Assembly: GCA_020050895.1 (NCBI GenBank)
Contig: JAGVJW010000172.1
Coordinates: forward strand, 1 to 38,874
From: a bacterium
Lineage (GTDB): Bacteria > Bacteroidota > Ignavibacteria > Kapaibacteriales > Kapaibacteriaceae
Direction of reading: 5' to 3'
DNA length: 38,874 nucleotides
Below, in pieces: positions 7,838 through 17,736 of this stretch; the first letter of the stretch is position 1; every line of letters begins with the position of its first letter. The notes under the pieces were generated by a model. The model was not told where the DNA came from and searched no databases. It was given only the letters and a program-made list of their open reading frames with translations. A program made the translations under genes and the position numbers.

Positions 7838-8581
7838 ATGCTAACAGCTAAGAATATCGTAATTATTGGTGCAACCAGCGCGATTGCGCAGGGAGTTGCT
7901 GCATTGTATGCAGAGGTGGGGTCGAGATTTTTTCTTGTAGCGCGCAACCAGACAAAAACGGTCGATATCGCCTCGAGACTTAAGGAATTCGGAGCAGAGC
8001 ACGTTGCTGTATTTATTACAGACCTTCGAATTCGGGATGATCATAATGCATTAGTTGAAGCAGCTTTCAAGGATTTGAAAACAATCGATCTTGTGTTGAT
8101 TGCACATGGTGTATATCCTAACATGACGGATGCAGAGCGGGATGTGGATATCATGCTGGACATTGTGATGACGAACATCGTCAGCACCTTCTCCATCATC
8201 CACCGGTTTGCCAACGCCATGCGTAACGCAGGTCGGGGAACCATTGCAGTCATTTCATCCGTGGCTGGAGAACGTGGACGCAGTAGTAACTATATTTATG
8301 GATCAACAAAATCCGCGCTTACTGCCTATGCGTCTGGCTTGCGAGCCTCACTGGCTGGTTCCGGTGTGCATGTACTAACGGTGTTGCCTGGACCAGTTGC
8401 CACACCAATGACGGTGAGTCATCATGCACCCTTCGAGTCGTCAGTCGATCAAGTAAGTCGATCAATTACTAACGCAGTCGAACGACGCAGGAAGGTCCTC
8501 TACACGCCTTGGTATTGGCGTTGCATCATGCAAGTAATAAAGATGCTGCCGGAATCCGTGTTTATGAAGATCAAACGATAG
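7838..8581 (+). CDS. Short-chain dehydrogenase/reductase, DprE2-like by size and context
   Basis: 247 aa. It has the Rossmann motif IIGATSAIAQG and the SDR catalytic Y-x3-K (YGSTKSAL). It lies 15 nt after the DprE1-like gene. Confidence 0.7.
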   Translation: MLTAKNIVIIGATSAIAQGVAALYAEVGSRFFLVARNQTKTVDIASRLKEFGAEHVAVFITDLRIRDDHNALVEAAFKDLKTIDLVLIAHGVYPNMTDAERDVDIMLDIVMTNIVSTFSIIHRFANAMRNAGRGTIAVISSVAGERGRSSNYIYGSTKSALTAYASGLRASLAGSGVHVLTVLPGPVATPMTVSHHAPFESSVDQVSRSITNAVERRRKVLYTPWYWRCIMQVIKMLPESVFMKIKR

Positions 8582-8596
8582 GATGCGTGGCAGAGG

Positions 8597-10636
8597 TTAC
8601 GATGGCGACAACGCCAATCCATCGGCATTCGTATCCGTTTCGGACTGAGGCTTAGGTTCAGCTGAGGCTGCAGAGCTATTCTTGATCTTTGAGCGCAATG
8701 CCTCGACGTCTTTCACAAACGGCGGAAGCTCACCTCCTCCGATGAGAGTATCGAGTTCTTCACTGGCAAGGATTTCGCGTTCAATCAGAGCCTTCGAAAG
8801 TTTATGCAGCAACTCTATGTTATCACGCATCAACTGCTCAGCTTTGTGTTCGGATTCAACAATGATGCGCCGCACTTCAGAATCGATGGATCGAGCTGTT
8901 TCTTCGGAGTGATCGCGTGGCTGTGATATTTCACGGCCTAGAAAGACCTCATCGTGCTGCGAAGCATAGCGCACGGGGCCGATAATATCGCTCATGCCAA
9001 ACTCACATACCATCTTTTTAGCGATAAGCGTAGCACGCTCTAAATCGTTGGCAGCGCCTGTATTCTGCTGAGAGAACACTACCTTTTCGGCAGCCCTACC
9101 AGCAAGGAGGGTAATGAGACGTGTGATAAGCTGATCCCTGCTCATCGTGTGCATTTCCTCGCTTGGGAGATACGATGTAACGCCGAGAGCCCTGCCACGA
9201 GGGATGATGGTAACCTTATGCACGGCGTCGCTTCCCGGAAGAAGTTTTCCGGCGAGTGCATGTCCGATCTCGTGATATGCCGTTGTTTCCTTTTCCTTAA
9301 CGCTCATCACCATGCTCTTTCTCTCCACTCCCATGAGAACTTTGTCCTTTGCATTTTCGAAATCGAACATCTTAACATCCGATGAACTGCGCCTGGCCGC
9401 CAGCAATGCCGCTTCGTTGACGAGGTTTGCCAAATCGGCTCCACTCATGCCAGGTGTTCCCTTGGCAATCACTTCCAGGTCGACGTCCTTTGACGTTGGT
9501 ACCTTTCGTGTGTGGACTTTAAGAATACCAATGCGGCCATTGAGGTCGGGCCGATCAACTACTACCTGGCGGTCGAATCGTCCAGGCCGTAGTAAGGCCG
9601 GATCCAGGACGTCGGGCCTGTTTGTAGCAGCAATAATGATGACGCCTGAATTCTGCTCGAACCCGTCCATTTCTACAAGTAACTGATTCAGCGTTTGTTC
9701 ACGTTCATCATGGCCCCCTCCCAAGCCAGCGCCACGATGCCGTCCCACAGCATCGATTTCATCGATAAACACAATGCAGGGTGCATGTTTCTTTGCCTGC
9801 TCAAACAAATCACGTACACGCGAGGCACCTACTCCGACAAACATCTCCACAAAGTCTGCGCCCGATATGGTAAAGAATGGTACAGCGGCTTCGCCGGCAA
9901 CGGCGCGAGCTAATAATGTTTTTCCAGTTCCGGGAGGACCCAACAGCAATACCCCTCGCGGTATCTTTCCACCCAGACGAGTAAACTTTCCAGGATCGCG
10001 AAGAAAATCGATAATTTCTTTTAATTCTTCTTTTGCTTCGTCGGCGCCTGCCACATCGATAAAAGTCACCTGTGTGTTCCCCTCGGTTAGGAGGCGCGCT
10101 CTACTCTTGCCAAAAGAAAAAATTCCCTTAGTACCGCCTGCACCAATCTGCATTCTTCGTGTAATAAAAAAGAACGCTAATAACAGTAGTACCCATGGAA
10201 GGAATTGCACGATAGTAATCCACCACGGGCTGTCGCCGTCTTCATACGTCCATGAAATACCATTTTCTTTCCAAAACGTCTCCGTTGAGGAATCCACTAC
10301 TCCGAGTTTTGTTCGGACTGCCTTTACATTTTGTACAAGTTTCCCGTCGCGATTCAGCGTTATCGTTGATTTAAGGTGGGCATGAAATTCAAAATCGTTG
10401 AGTTGGGTCTTGGTGATTTTAGCGTATTCGATATTCCCGGATTTTACTGTTGCAAGGTATTCGTTGTACGTAAGCGGCCATTCCTGAGCCTGAGGTCCTG
10501 TCATCATAACACCAATGACGATGAGACCGACAAGGATGCCAATCCAAATGAGAACGTTTCGCAGAACGCGGCTCATTGAAAGATCGTTTTCTTCTTCAGG
10601 ATCTTGTTGAGGTTTCTTACCGGGCTTTTTTTCCAT
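8597..10636 (-). CDS. ftsH: ATP-dependent zinc metalloprotease FtsH
   Basis: 679 aa with two N-terminal TM segments. AAA Walker A is [11 protein letters not shown], Walker B is IVFIDEIDA, the SRH is present, and the zinc motif is HEIGHAL. Confidence 0.95.
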   Translation of the reverse strand: MEKKPGKKPQQDPEEENDLSMSRVLRNVLIWIGILVGLIVIGVMMTGPQAQEWPLTYNEYLATVKSGNIEYAKITKTQLNDFEFHAHLKSTITLNRDGKLVQNVKAVRTKLGVVDSSTETFWKENGISWTYEDGDSPWWITIVQFLPWVLLLLAFFFITRRMQIGAGGTKGIFSFGKSRARLLTEGNTQVTFIDVAGADEAKEELKEIIDFLRDPGKFTRLGGKIPRGVLLLGPPGTGKTLLARAVAGEAAVPFFTISGADFVEMFVGVGASRVRDLFEQAKKHAPCIVFIDEIDAVGRHRGAGLGGGHDEREQTLNQLLVEMDGFEQNSGVIIIAATNRPDVLDPALLRPGRFDRQVVVDRPDLNGRIGILKVHTRKVPTSKDVDLEVIAKGTPGMSGADLANLVNEAALLAARRSSSDVKMFDFENAKDKVLMGVERKSMVMSVKEKETTAYHEIGHALAGKLLPGSDAVHKVTIIPRGRALGVTSYLPSEEMHTMSRDQLITRLITLLAGRAAEKVVFSQQNTGAANDLERATLIAKKMVCEFGMSDIIGPVRYASQHDEVFLGREISQPRDHSEETARSIDSEVRRIIVESEHKAEQLMRDNIELLHKLSKALIEREILASEELDTLIGGGELPPFVKDVEALRSKIKNSSAASAEPKPQSETDTNADGLALSPS

Positions 10637-10699
10637 GTTCGATGGTTTGTTTAATTCGATGATTGTAGAACAAGCGCTATGACGATTGCAATCAACAAG

Positions 10700-11263
10700 T
10701 CATGTACTTGTTTCGTCAGTCACAGACCAGATACCTTCGTACTGTCTGCCATATCCCCCATAATCCAAGCCGTATCCAATAACAAAGTAGGGTGGGATTT
10801 CGCGTCCCAGATAATCTATTTGTACTCTGTCTCGATGTGCTTCGGGCTTGCTGAGCAGCGAAGTGATGCTCACACTCGCGGGCCGGTAGCTGGAAAGATG
10901 TTTGATGAGCTCACTCATCGTGAGTCCGGAGTCAATGATGTCTTCGACTATCAGCACATGTCTGTCCTCAATGTCAAGCATCTTGTCTTCGAGAACTACG
11001 TGACCTTTTGAATGCATGTTATCGTGATAACTAGAGGCCTGAAGAAAATCAATTGAAACGGGAATTCGAAGCTCGCGAATAAGGTCGCTTGCGAATACCA
11101 TTGCCCCCTTCAGAATAACAAGCAAAACCAGCTCTTGCCCGGCAAAATCGGCATTGATTTCTGATGCAATGCGCTTGACCATTGCGGCGATTTCTTCGCG
11201 TGAAATAAACGGCCGAAAGACTTTATCACGGACCCGAATTGTATCTGACATTGTTTCTATCAC
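10700..11263 (-). CDS. hpt: Hypoxanthine(-guanine) phosphoribosyltransferase
   Basis: 187 aa with PRPP-binding loop VLIVEDIIDSGLT and the conserved tilS-hpt-ftsH synteny. The start may instead be the downstream ATG at 11251 (MSDTIR...). Confidence 0.9.
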   Translation of the reverse strand: MIETMSDTIRVRDKVFRPFISREEIAAMVKRIASEINADFAGQELVLLVILKGAMVFASDLIRELRIPVSIDFLQASSYHDNMHSKGHVVLEDKMLDIEDRHVLIVEDIIDSGLTMSELIKHLSSYRPASVSITSLLSKPEAHRDRVQIDYLGREIPPYFVIGYGLDYGGYGRQYEGIWSVTDETST

Positions 11264-12675
11264 GATAATATCACGTCTGGTGTTTGGCGAATGATTAGAA
11301 CATGTTGAGTTGCAGAGGTAACACGCGTGCGCTCGGCTGGACGAATCCCGCAGAGCCAGAGAATTCCACTGCTGTCCTCGAGAACTCTACAGTTGCGTCG
11401 GTCTGAATGAGCAATTTTTGCGTTGGTAAGAAGATCGCTGATGAGTACACTATGCGTAGAGCCAAAGGGTATCATCCAGTCGCCATCAGCCCATCGTCGC
11501 CATCGTAAGTCACCGTCAACAGCAGACAAGTCGATGGTTGCCGACGAAGGATGTTGATCCAGGAGGGCATCCGATGCTTTCTCTCTGCGAATTTCAAGCT
11601 TTACAGAACCTGCAACATACACTCCATCTGTCTTGATGCCAATAGCTTCTACGGAAGACAAAACTTGCCCTGTGCCGATTGCGATGTAATCGCGCTCCCT
11701 GCACGCATGTATACCACCGCTCAGCGTTGCAACACTGCCAACTTCACAGTCAATGAGATCCAGTGTTCGCATTGTATCGTTCATGGACGGGGGTTGATTA
11801 GAAAACAGGTGCAAAGCATATCGCACAATTTCTGCCTTCATGCCGCGAGACTCATCAGCAATCGGGTTTAGCATGATGTGAACCTCTTCGCCGGGTAAAC
11901 CTCCAGACGCGTGTCTAACCACCATTCGTCCTTCTGCCATTTGCCACACTGCGCGCTTTACAATTTCCCTAGCATTCGTTAACAGCGTTGATGATGCAGC
12001 GATGCGACTGCCAACATCACGGCCAAACACATTGCGCATTTGAGGCATGATTTCCTGCCGAACTCTGTTACGCAGGAAATGCAATCCCTCATTCGAAAGA
12101 TCTTCATGCCATTGAAGATTTCTTATAAGGGCGAATTCCTTTATTTCAGATCTCGGAATAGAAAGGAGCGGTCGCAGAATTCTTAGGTTCTCAGAAACAA
12201 CTCTTTCGGGTTGGAGCGAAGACAGTCCGTCGAGACCACTACCGCGTGCGAGATTCATGATGAGCGTCTCGGCAACGTCATCGGCATTATGCCCCACAAA
12301 TACAGCCGAAGAACTCGTCTGTTGTGCAACATCGAACAACACATCATATCGCAATTCGCGTGCTGCAGCTTCGAGGCCCTTGCCGGTGCTCTCTGCGTGG
12401 GAGCTCACATCAATTGTTGCTGAGTGAAAGGGGCATCCATGTGCTGCAGCGAGGTTTCGAACAAATTGTTCGTCGGCATCAGAGGCAGCTCCACGCAAGG
12501 CATGGTTTACATGTACTAAATTTATTGACAACCTGTGTCTGTCTTGAATGGCATATAGGGCGTGGAACATCACTACTGAGTCGATGCCGCCGCTAACGGC
12601 TGTAACAACGCGGGTATTCTGACAAGCGGTAGAAACAAGAAACCGATCGACCGTTTCGATTAGGTCAGGATGCAC
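11260..12675 (-). CDS. tilS: tRNA(Ile)-lysidine synthase
   Basis: 471 aa. The N-terminal PP-loop is VSGGIDS and the TilS substrate-binding and C-terminal domains are present. It overlaps hpt by 4 nt. Confidence 0.9.
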   Translation of the reverse strand: MHPDLIETVDRFLVSTACQNTRVVTAVSGGIDSVVMFHALYAIQDRHRLSINLVHVNHALRGAASDADEQFVRNLAAAHGCPFHSATIDVSSHAESTGKGLEAAARELRYDVLFDVAQQTSSSAVFVGHNADDVAETLIMNLARGSGLDGLSSLQPERVVSENLRILRPLLSIPRSEIKEFALIRNLQWHEDLSNEGLHFLRNRVRQEIMPQMRNVFGRDVGSRIAASSTLLTNAREIVKRAVWQMAEGRMVVRHASGGLPGEEVHIMLNPIADESRGMKAEIVRYALHLFSNQPPSMNDTMRTLDLIDCEVGSVATLSGGIHACRERDYIAIGTGQVLSSVEAIGIKTDGVYVAGSVKLEIRREKASDALLDQHPSSATIDLSAVDGDLRWRRWADGDWMIPFGSTHSVLISDLLTNAKIAHSDRRNCRVLEDSSGILWLCGIRPAERTRVTSATQHVLIIRQTPDVILS

Positions 12676-13657
12676 CGAAGGCCTCTAATTCATTCACGAA
12701 ACGATATAAACGTTCCTCAATCTGATCGAATGAATCCATTCGAACGATATCCTGACGCGTAAGTGAATTGTTGGGTAGCCCCCGCAGGTATCCACCATAA
12801 TGTTTTCGGAATTCGTAGATGGCTCTTTTAGGGGGCTTGTACTGAAACTCAAGTTTAAGGTGTTCTATGCAGGCATCAACCCGTTCACGAGCACTTGCTG
12901 TACTCTGATCTTTCTGCGTCATCAAATCATTCTTAAGAGCTCTTTTCGCTTCGCTGAAAATGAAGGGATTACCGATGGCAGCTCTGCCAATCATCACGGC
13001 GTCGGCACCAGTCTGTTTAAAAGCTGTGCAGACATCGTCGGCTGTTCTCACATCGCCATTCAAAATCACCGGTATCTGCACAACTTCTTTAATCCTAGGT
13101 ATCCAGGTCCAGTCAGCCGCGCCATCATGTCCCATATCTCGGGTACGGCAATGAACCGTGATGGCTGAAGCGCCAGCATCCTGTATTCGGCGGGCTACAT
13201 CAAGGATAACAATATCGGTCTTCGACCACCCAAGGCGAGTTTTTACGGTTACAGGAACGTTAACGGCATCAACAACGGCTCGTGTAAGTCGTTGCATTTG
13301 TGGAGGATCCTTTAGCAGGGCGGCACCTGCGTTCCTTACAACGACGTTTTTAACCCAGCATCCAAAATTGATATCAAGGAAGTTAGGGTTGCTTTCAAGC
13401 GCTTTCTGGGCAGCTGCCACCATTGTGTCGATGTCGCCGCCAAAAATTTGTACCGCGGCAGGGCGCTCTTCGTCAGACAGTTGTAACTTAGAAACAGATC
13501 TGGCCGCATCTCGCACCAGACCATCGCTTGAAATAAATTCCGTATAAACAATGTCTGCCCCCTTCCGCTTGCACATTACCCGGAATGGAAGATTAGTAAC
13601 ATCTTCCATTGGTGCCAGGAGAACGCCGTTATTCACCGATATTTCGCCAATGCGCAT
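12665..13657 (-). CDS. dusB: tRNA-dihydrouridine synthase
   Basis: Dus family TIM barrel. It begins MRIGEISVNNGVLLAPMEDVTN and contains FGCWVKNV and TVHCRTR motifs. ATG 13657 is preferred to the track TTG at 13663. It overlaps tilS by 11 nt. Confidence 0.85.
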   Translation of the reverse strand: MRIGEISVNNGVLLAPMEDVTNLPFRVMCKRKGADIVYTEFISSDGLVRDAARSVSKLQLSDEERPAAVQIFGGDIDTMVAAAQKALESNPNFLDINFGCWVKNVVVRNAGAALLKDPPQMQRLTRAVVDAVNVPVTVKTRLGWSKTDIVILDVARRIQDAGASAITVHCRTRDMGHDGAADWTWIPRIKEVVQIPVILNGDVRTADDVCTAFKQTGADAVMIGRAAIGNPFIFSEAKRALKNDLMTQKDQSTASARERVDACIEHLKLEFQYKPPKRAIYEFRKHYGGYLRGLPNNSLTRQDIVRMDSFDQIEERLYRFVNELEAFGAS

Positions 13658-13818
13658 TGGCAAAAATAATCGTTTACCACTTGGTTGAGGATCAGGATTG
13701 TTTATATTTGGGGCATTCGAAATCGTTCCAAGGGGAACACTGAAACGTTTTCGGAATTATGTTGTCATTGAACACCGATGGCTGTAAATGCGGCCATTTT
13801 TTTCCCAGTGAGGATTTT

Positions 13819-15150
13819 ATGATGCGACGAGCTCTACTACTTTTTGCGATATTGGTATGCGCTGCAGCCATACCAAGCGGTAGCATATTGGCATTTCAGC
13901 AGATGCAGTCAACACCTGTAGGTATGGACACTGCGCCACCTAAGGTGACGCAAACTGCCGTCGATTGCGGTGTCATTCAATACGAGGCAACGGAACTTTT
14001 TAACGTGCCAGACCCGCCGGTGACTCCACCTTTACCAACACATCAGATTGATAAGGGCATTGCTTCGATTACCATGTCTGCGGTTCCGGCCTCTGTCAAT
14101 GCTCGGTTGGTACTTGTTACGGCACAGAGTTTTCCAAAGGATCCGTCGTACAAAAGATTTACCTTCCGCGTAGAAGCAATTGATAAGACAAAGCGGGCAA
14201 CTGCATTTGTGTCTGTTCGCGATTGGAACGAACCAACACAGAATGTGACCACTATTGAAGTAATCATCGAGCCGTCGATTCCAACATTATCGGACAATTC
14301 CGTTACCCTTACAGCACGTGCCAACAACACGGTCACGTACACGGTTACGGTACGCAACAGTACAACGGCGCCGATTGTTGTTAACGCCATCGAGCTTACC
14401 GGGAGTGCATTGTTTACTCTGACTAGTGGCGGAGGAACTAACATTACTCTCGCACCTGGTGAAACTCGCCAAGTAGTTGTTTCTTATACGCCGAATCTGC
14501 AGAGCGAAGCTGGCGACAATGCTTCCCTTTCAATTCGTACCAACTGCGGCGACATTGCTATTCCAGTAAAGGGCACCGGTACACTCGCAAATCTTTCTAC
14601 TGAAAACTGGGACGCAGGCAACATCATGAAAGGCGTTAAGGTTTGCAAGTCACTTGGTTTCAAGATCACAAATAATGGATCGGCAACAGCGACTATTTCG
14701 GCCATTAACGTCACGTTAGGCGCCCCGGAACTCACGTTGGCGGGTCCAACACCTGCTGTTCCTTTCGATATTCCTGCAGGCGGTTCGGTAGATGTAACTG
14801 ACCTGTGCTTTACGCCAGCCACGGAAAGCGGCGTATTTGTCGGTGCTGTTACGCTGACGACAAATGCTGAAACGGGCGACTTTGTAGCAGATGTAACTGC
14901 CAACAGAGCTGTCAACTCAGTCGATCCCGTCATCCTTCAGCGTTTGAACGTTCGCTTCGATGCATCGGGTAATGTTATCCGCTACGATTCAGAAGCATCT
15001 GCGCTTTTGTTTGATGTTCGCGGTACAGTTGTTGGCAATGCCGCTGAAAATGCACGCAAGATTGATGCTCAGAGTTTTTCAGCCGGCACGTACTTCCTTG
15101 TGATTAACGAAAAACCTGCCGTTAGTATTCCGGTTTCCATCGTTAGATAA
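13819..15150 (+). CDS. Secreted surface protein with Ig-like (choice-of-anchor D / HYDIN-type) repeats and a T9SS C-terminal sorting domain
   Basis: From ATG 13819 the signal peptide reads MMRRALLLFAILVCAAAIPSGS. Repeated segments have the form TV.N....PI.V.AI.L.G...F.L....ITLAPGE...V.V.YTP. The C-terminal tail is ...LLFDVRGTVVGNAAENARKIDAQSFSAGTYFLVINEK.... Confidence 0.7.
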   Translation: MMRRALLLFAILVCAAAIPSGSILAFQQMQSTPVGMDTAPPKVTQTAVDCGVIQYEATELFNVPDPPVTPPLPTHQIDKGIASITMSAVPASVNARLVLVTAQSFPKDPSYKRFTFRVEAIDKTKRATAFVSVRDWNEPTQNVTTIEVIIEPSIPTLSDNSVTLTARANNTVTYTVTVRNSTTAPIVVNAIELTGSALFTLTSGGGTNITLAPGETRQVVVSYTPNLQSEAGDNASLSIRTNCGDIAIPVKGTGTLANLSTENWDAGNIMKGVKVCKSLGFKITNNGSATATISAINVTLGAPELTLAGPTPAVPFDIPAGGSVDVTDLCFTPATESGVFVGAVTLTTNAETGDFVADVTANRAVNSVDPVILQRLNVRFDASGNVIRYDSEASALLFDVRGTVVGNAAENARKIDAQSFSAGTYFLVINEKPAVSIPVSIVR

Positions 15151-15172
15151 TTTCGGTTAATTAGCTCGTCTC

Positions 15173-15206
15173 GAAACGCCGTAGGATGCAAATCCTACGG
15201 CGTTTC
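15173..15206 (+). terminator. Perfect 14-bp hairpin after the secreted-protein gene (terminator-like, weak T-tract)
   Basis: gaaacgccgtagga-tgcaaa-tcctacggcgtttc is followed by cctttatc. Confidence 0.5.
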
Positions 15207-15214
15207 CCTTTATC

Positions 15215-15742
15215 ATGAAGCGTGAATTTTTTCTTCAACCACCCGAAATCGCAGCGCGCGAACTTATTGGGTGCGTACTGACGCATATAGCATCAGAAGA
15301 CGACACCAGATCTGTTCGTCTTACTGAAACCGAAGCATACCTGGCCGAAGGTGATGAGGCCTGTCATTCGCACAAGGGATTAACGCCCAGGACTGCCCCA
15401 ATGTTTGAAGCTGGAGGTATTCTCTATGTTTATTTTATCTATGGCAAGCATTGGTGTGCAAATATTGTTACTGAACCACAAGGCCGTGCCAGCGCTGTGT
15501 TACTGCGATCGGGATTTGCAGGCGATGTTGAAATCTCAGGACCCGGCAGGCTGGCTGCATTTCTTGGTATCGACAAAACGCATAATTATTCCTCTGTGCT
15601 AGGCGGGCGATTTACCATCTTCCAGGATGAGATGACGCCATTATTCCAGGCTAAAACTATCGTTACAAAACGCATTGGAATCAAGAAGGCCGTCGATTTG
15701 CCCTTACGATTCGCTGTGGCTGGTCATCCCAGTAAAATTTAG
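15215..15742 (+). CDS. mpg: DNA-3-methyladenine glycosylase (Mpg/AAG family)
   Basis: 175 aa with family motifs ARELIGCVL, ETEAYL..GDEACHSHKG.TPR and MFE.GGILYVYFIYG.H.C.N. Confidence 0.85.
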   Translation: MKREFFLQPPEIAARELIGCVLTHIASEDDTRSVRLTETEAYLAEGDEACHSHKGLTPRTAPMFEAGGILYVYFIYGKHWCANIVTEPQGRASAVLLRSGFAGDVEISGPGRLAAFLGIDKTHNYSSVLGGRFTIFQDEMTPLFQAKTIVTKRIGIKKAVDLPLRFAVAGHPSKI

Positions 15743-15821
15743 GGGTATCAATCCATCGAAAAAGCGGTATGGGACGGCGGTCTCGCCAAATTGACAACCC
15801 GCGTTTCGTAACTTCGTTGAT

Positions 15822-16847
15822 ATGGCACGATTTGGCCTTTTCTTGAACGACGTCGGCATCGACCTCGGAACGGCAAACACACTTATTTGGCAGAAGGGTA
15901 AGGGCATTGTTCTCAACGAGCCCTCAATCGTTTCATTTGATCGAAGTACAAAGGCCATCATCGCCATTGGCACGGAAGCCCAGGAGATGGTGGGAAAGAC
16001 CCATCGCGACATCAAGACGATTCGTCCGCTCAAGGATGGAGTCATTGCCGATTTCGAAATAGCCGAAGGCATGCTTCGGGCATTCATCCGTAAAATGTCG
16101 GCCTCATGGCAGCCAGCCCGACGCATGGTGATCTGTGTTCCTTCCGGTATTACAGAAGTGGAAAAGCGAGCGGTGCGAGATTCTGCTGAACACGCAGGCG
16201 CTAAGGAAGTTCATCTGATTGCCGAACCCATGGCAGCAGCAATTGGAGTGGGCTTGGATGTTCACGAAGCAATGGGGAACATGATTGTTGATATTGGCGG
16301 TGGTACAACAGAGATCGCCGTGATAGCCCTTTCGGGCATTGTAGCCGATGAGAGCATCCGCATTGCCGGCGACGAGCTGACCAATGCGATTGTAAATTGG
16401 TTTAAGAGACATCACAATATTCTGATTGGAGACCGGACGGCTGAGATTATCAAGGTTAATGTTGGATCGGCATGGCCATTGGAGGAAGAACTCGAGATTG
16501 AGGTTAAAGGGCGCGACATGGTAACCGGCATTCCTAAGAGCATCGTTGTATCGAGCGAAGAGATCAGGGAGGCCTTGTCGGAGAACATTACAGTAATCGT
16601 CGAAGCCGTTCTCAATCTGCTTGAGAAAACACCACCTGAACTATCGGCCGATATCTTCGACAGAGGAATTGTGCTCACCGGAGGCGGTGCTCTGCTAAAG
16701 GGTCTCGACGAAAGATTACGCAGAGAAACATCGTTGCCGGTTCATGTGGCCGAAGATCCACTAACGGCCGTTGTACGCGGAACTGGTAAGGTACTCGAAG
16801 ATTTGCCTGGCTATTCTTCGGTACTGATAAAATCTAAACGATATTAG
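15822..16847 (+). CDS. mreB: Rod shape-determining protein MreB
   Basis: 341 aa actin-fold protein with DLGTANT, DIGGGTTEIAV and TGGGALL motifs. mreC and mreD follow. Confidence 0.95.
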   Translation: MARFGLFLNDVGIDLGTANTLIWQKGKGIVLNEPSIVSFDRSTKAIIAIGTEAQEMVGKTHRDIKTIRPLKDGVIADFEIAEGMLRAFIRKMSASWQPARRMVICVPSGITEVEKRAVRDSAEHAGAKEVHLIAEPMAAAIGVGLDVHEAMGNMIVDIGGGTTEIAVIALSGIVADESIRIAGDELTNAIVNWFKRHHNILIGDRTAEIIKVNVGSAWPLEEELEIEVKGRDMVTGIPKSIVVSSEEIREALSENITVIVEAVLNLLEKTPPELSADIFDRGIVLTGGGALLKGLDERLRRETSLPVHVAEDPLTAVVRGTGKVLEDLPGYSSVLIKSKRY

Positions 16848-16852
16848 CACCC

Positions 16853-17689
16853 ATGCGGCGATTCATCGAATTCGTCGTTCGATATAAGAACTACATCGCG
16901 CTTTGCACACTTGTTGTGATGTCGTTTTCATTCATGAGTTTCGGCGCATTATCACAGTTAGGGGGCTTTCGAGCTGTGGTAGTAGGGTCAATCGGTTGGA
17001 TTCAATCGCTATTTGCGTGGGTACCGAATCCCGTTGCATTGAAAAGTGAGAACACGGCCCTGCGGGAGCTGAATCTGCAATTATCAATTGAATCATCGCG
17101 GTTCCGGCAGTCAATGGTTGAGAACGCAACGTTGCGGAAAATGCTCGATCTGCAGCCCCTTACAACAGAAAAGTTGATTGCTGCCGACATTGTTGGGAAA
17201 ACAACAACCGAGTTGCGGAACTATGCAACCATCAATAAGGGTACTGAAGACGGCATCAAGGAAGGAATGACGTGCATCACCGATGCCGGTTTGGTTGGAA
17301 ACATCGTTGGAGCATCGCCGCATTTTGCCGTTGTTCAGTTGCTCCTCAATCGCGATACCAGGGTGGCTGCAAAGGTGTACAGGACACGCGTCGACGGTAT
17401 AGTACACTGGCAGGGCGAAACAACGCTCTCGTTAAAGGATGTTCCAAGAACGTATGATGTAAAGCAGGGCGATTTGATAATAACTTCATCATACAGCGCA
17501 AAGTATCCGCCGAATGTCGTCGTCGGAACGGTTCAGAGAGTTGATAACGAACCCAACTCATTATTCCAGAACGTTGTCATTGAATCGGCAGTCAATTTTG
17601 CAACGCTCGAACAGGTCTTTGTGCTTGATCGTCTTGCTAATGAAGAGAGAGCGACGCTGGAAGGCGAAGTGACAACGAAAACTAAATAA
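16853..17689 (+). CDS. mreC: Rod shape-determining protein MreC
   Basis: 278 aa with an N-terminal TM segment, a coiled coil (ENTALRELNLQL) and a beta-rich C-terminal domain. It lies directly after mreB. Confidence 0.85.
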   Translation: MRRFIEFVVRYKNYIALCTLVVMSFSFMSFGALSQLGGFRAVVVGSIGWIQSLFAWVPNPVALKSENTALRELNLQLSIESSRFRQSMVENATLRKMLDLQPLTTEKLIAADIVGKTTTELRNYATINKGTEDGIKEGMTCITDAGLVGNIVGASPHFAVVQLLLNRDTRVAAKVYRTRVDGIVHWQGETTLSLKDVPRTYDVKQGDLIITSSYSAKYPPNVVVGTVQRVDNEPNSLFQNVVIESAVNFATLEQVFVLDRLANEERATLEGEVTTKTK

Positions 17690-17736
17690 TATTAGAAACA
17701 CGAATTGGGAGCGCCAATCGGCGGCAGATATTCTGG

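Noticed and set aside
9774-10385. Long antisense or alternate-frame ORFs inside strong genes (for example 9774..10385 in ftsH, 20123..20695 in smc, 3369..3920 across the LRR gene and tRNA-His, 34064..34603 in gap, 31551..32081 in the rhomboid gene)
   Set aside because: These are shadow ORFs opposite or overlapping confidently identified genes. They are low-complexity, Ser/Arg/Ala-rich translations with no recognisable motifs.
13661-13668. A TATTTTTG (-7 box-like) element on the minus strand as the dusB promoter
   Set aside because: It ends only 3 nt before the dusB ATG, so a start site about 7 nt downstream would fall inside the gene. It is probably a chance match in an A-rich leader.
13778-13803. 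Hairpin atggc...gccat followed by seven T just upstream of the secreted-protein start
   Set aside because: The stem is only 5 bp with a 10-nt loop, and there is no upstream + strand gene to terminate. It is more likely an AT-rich promoter or UTR region.
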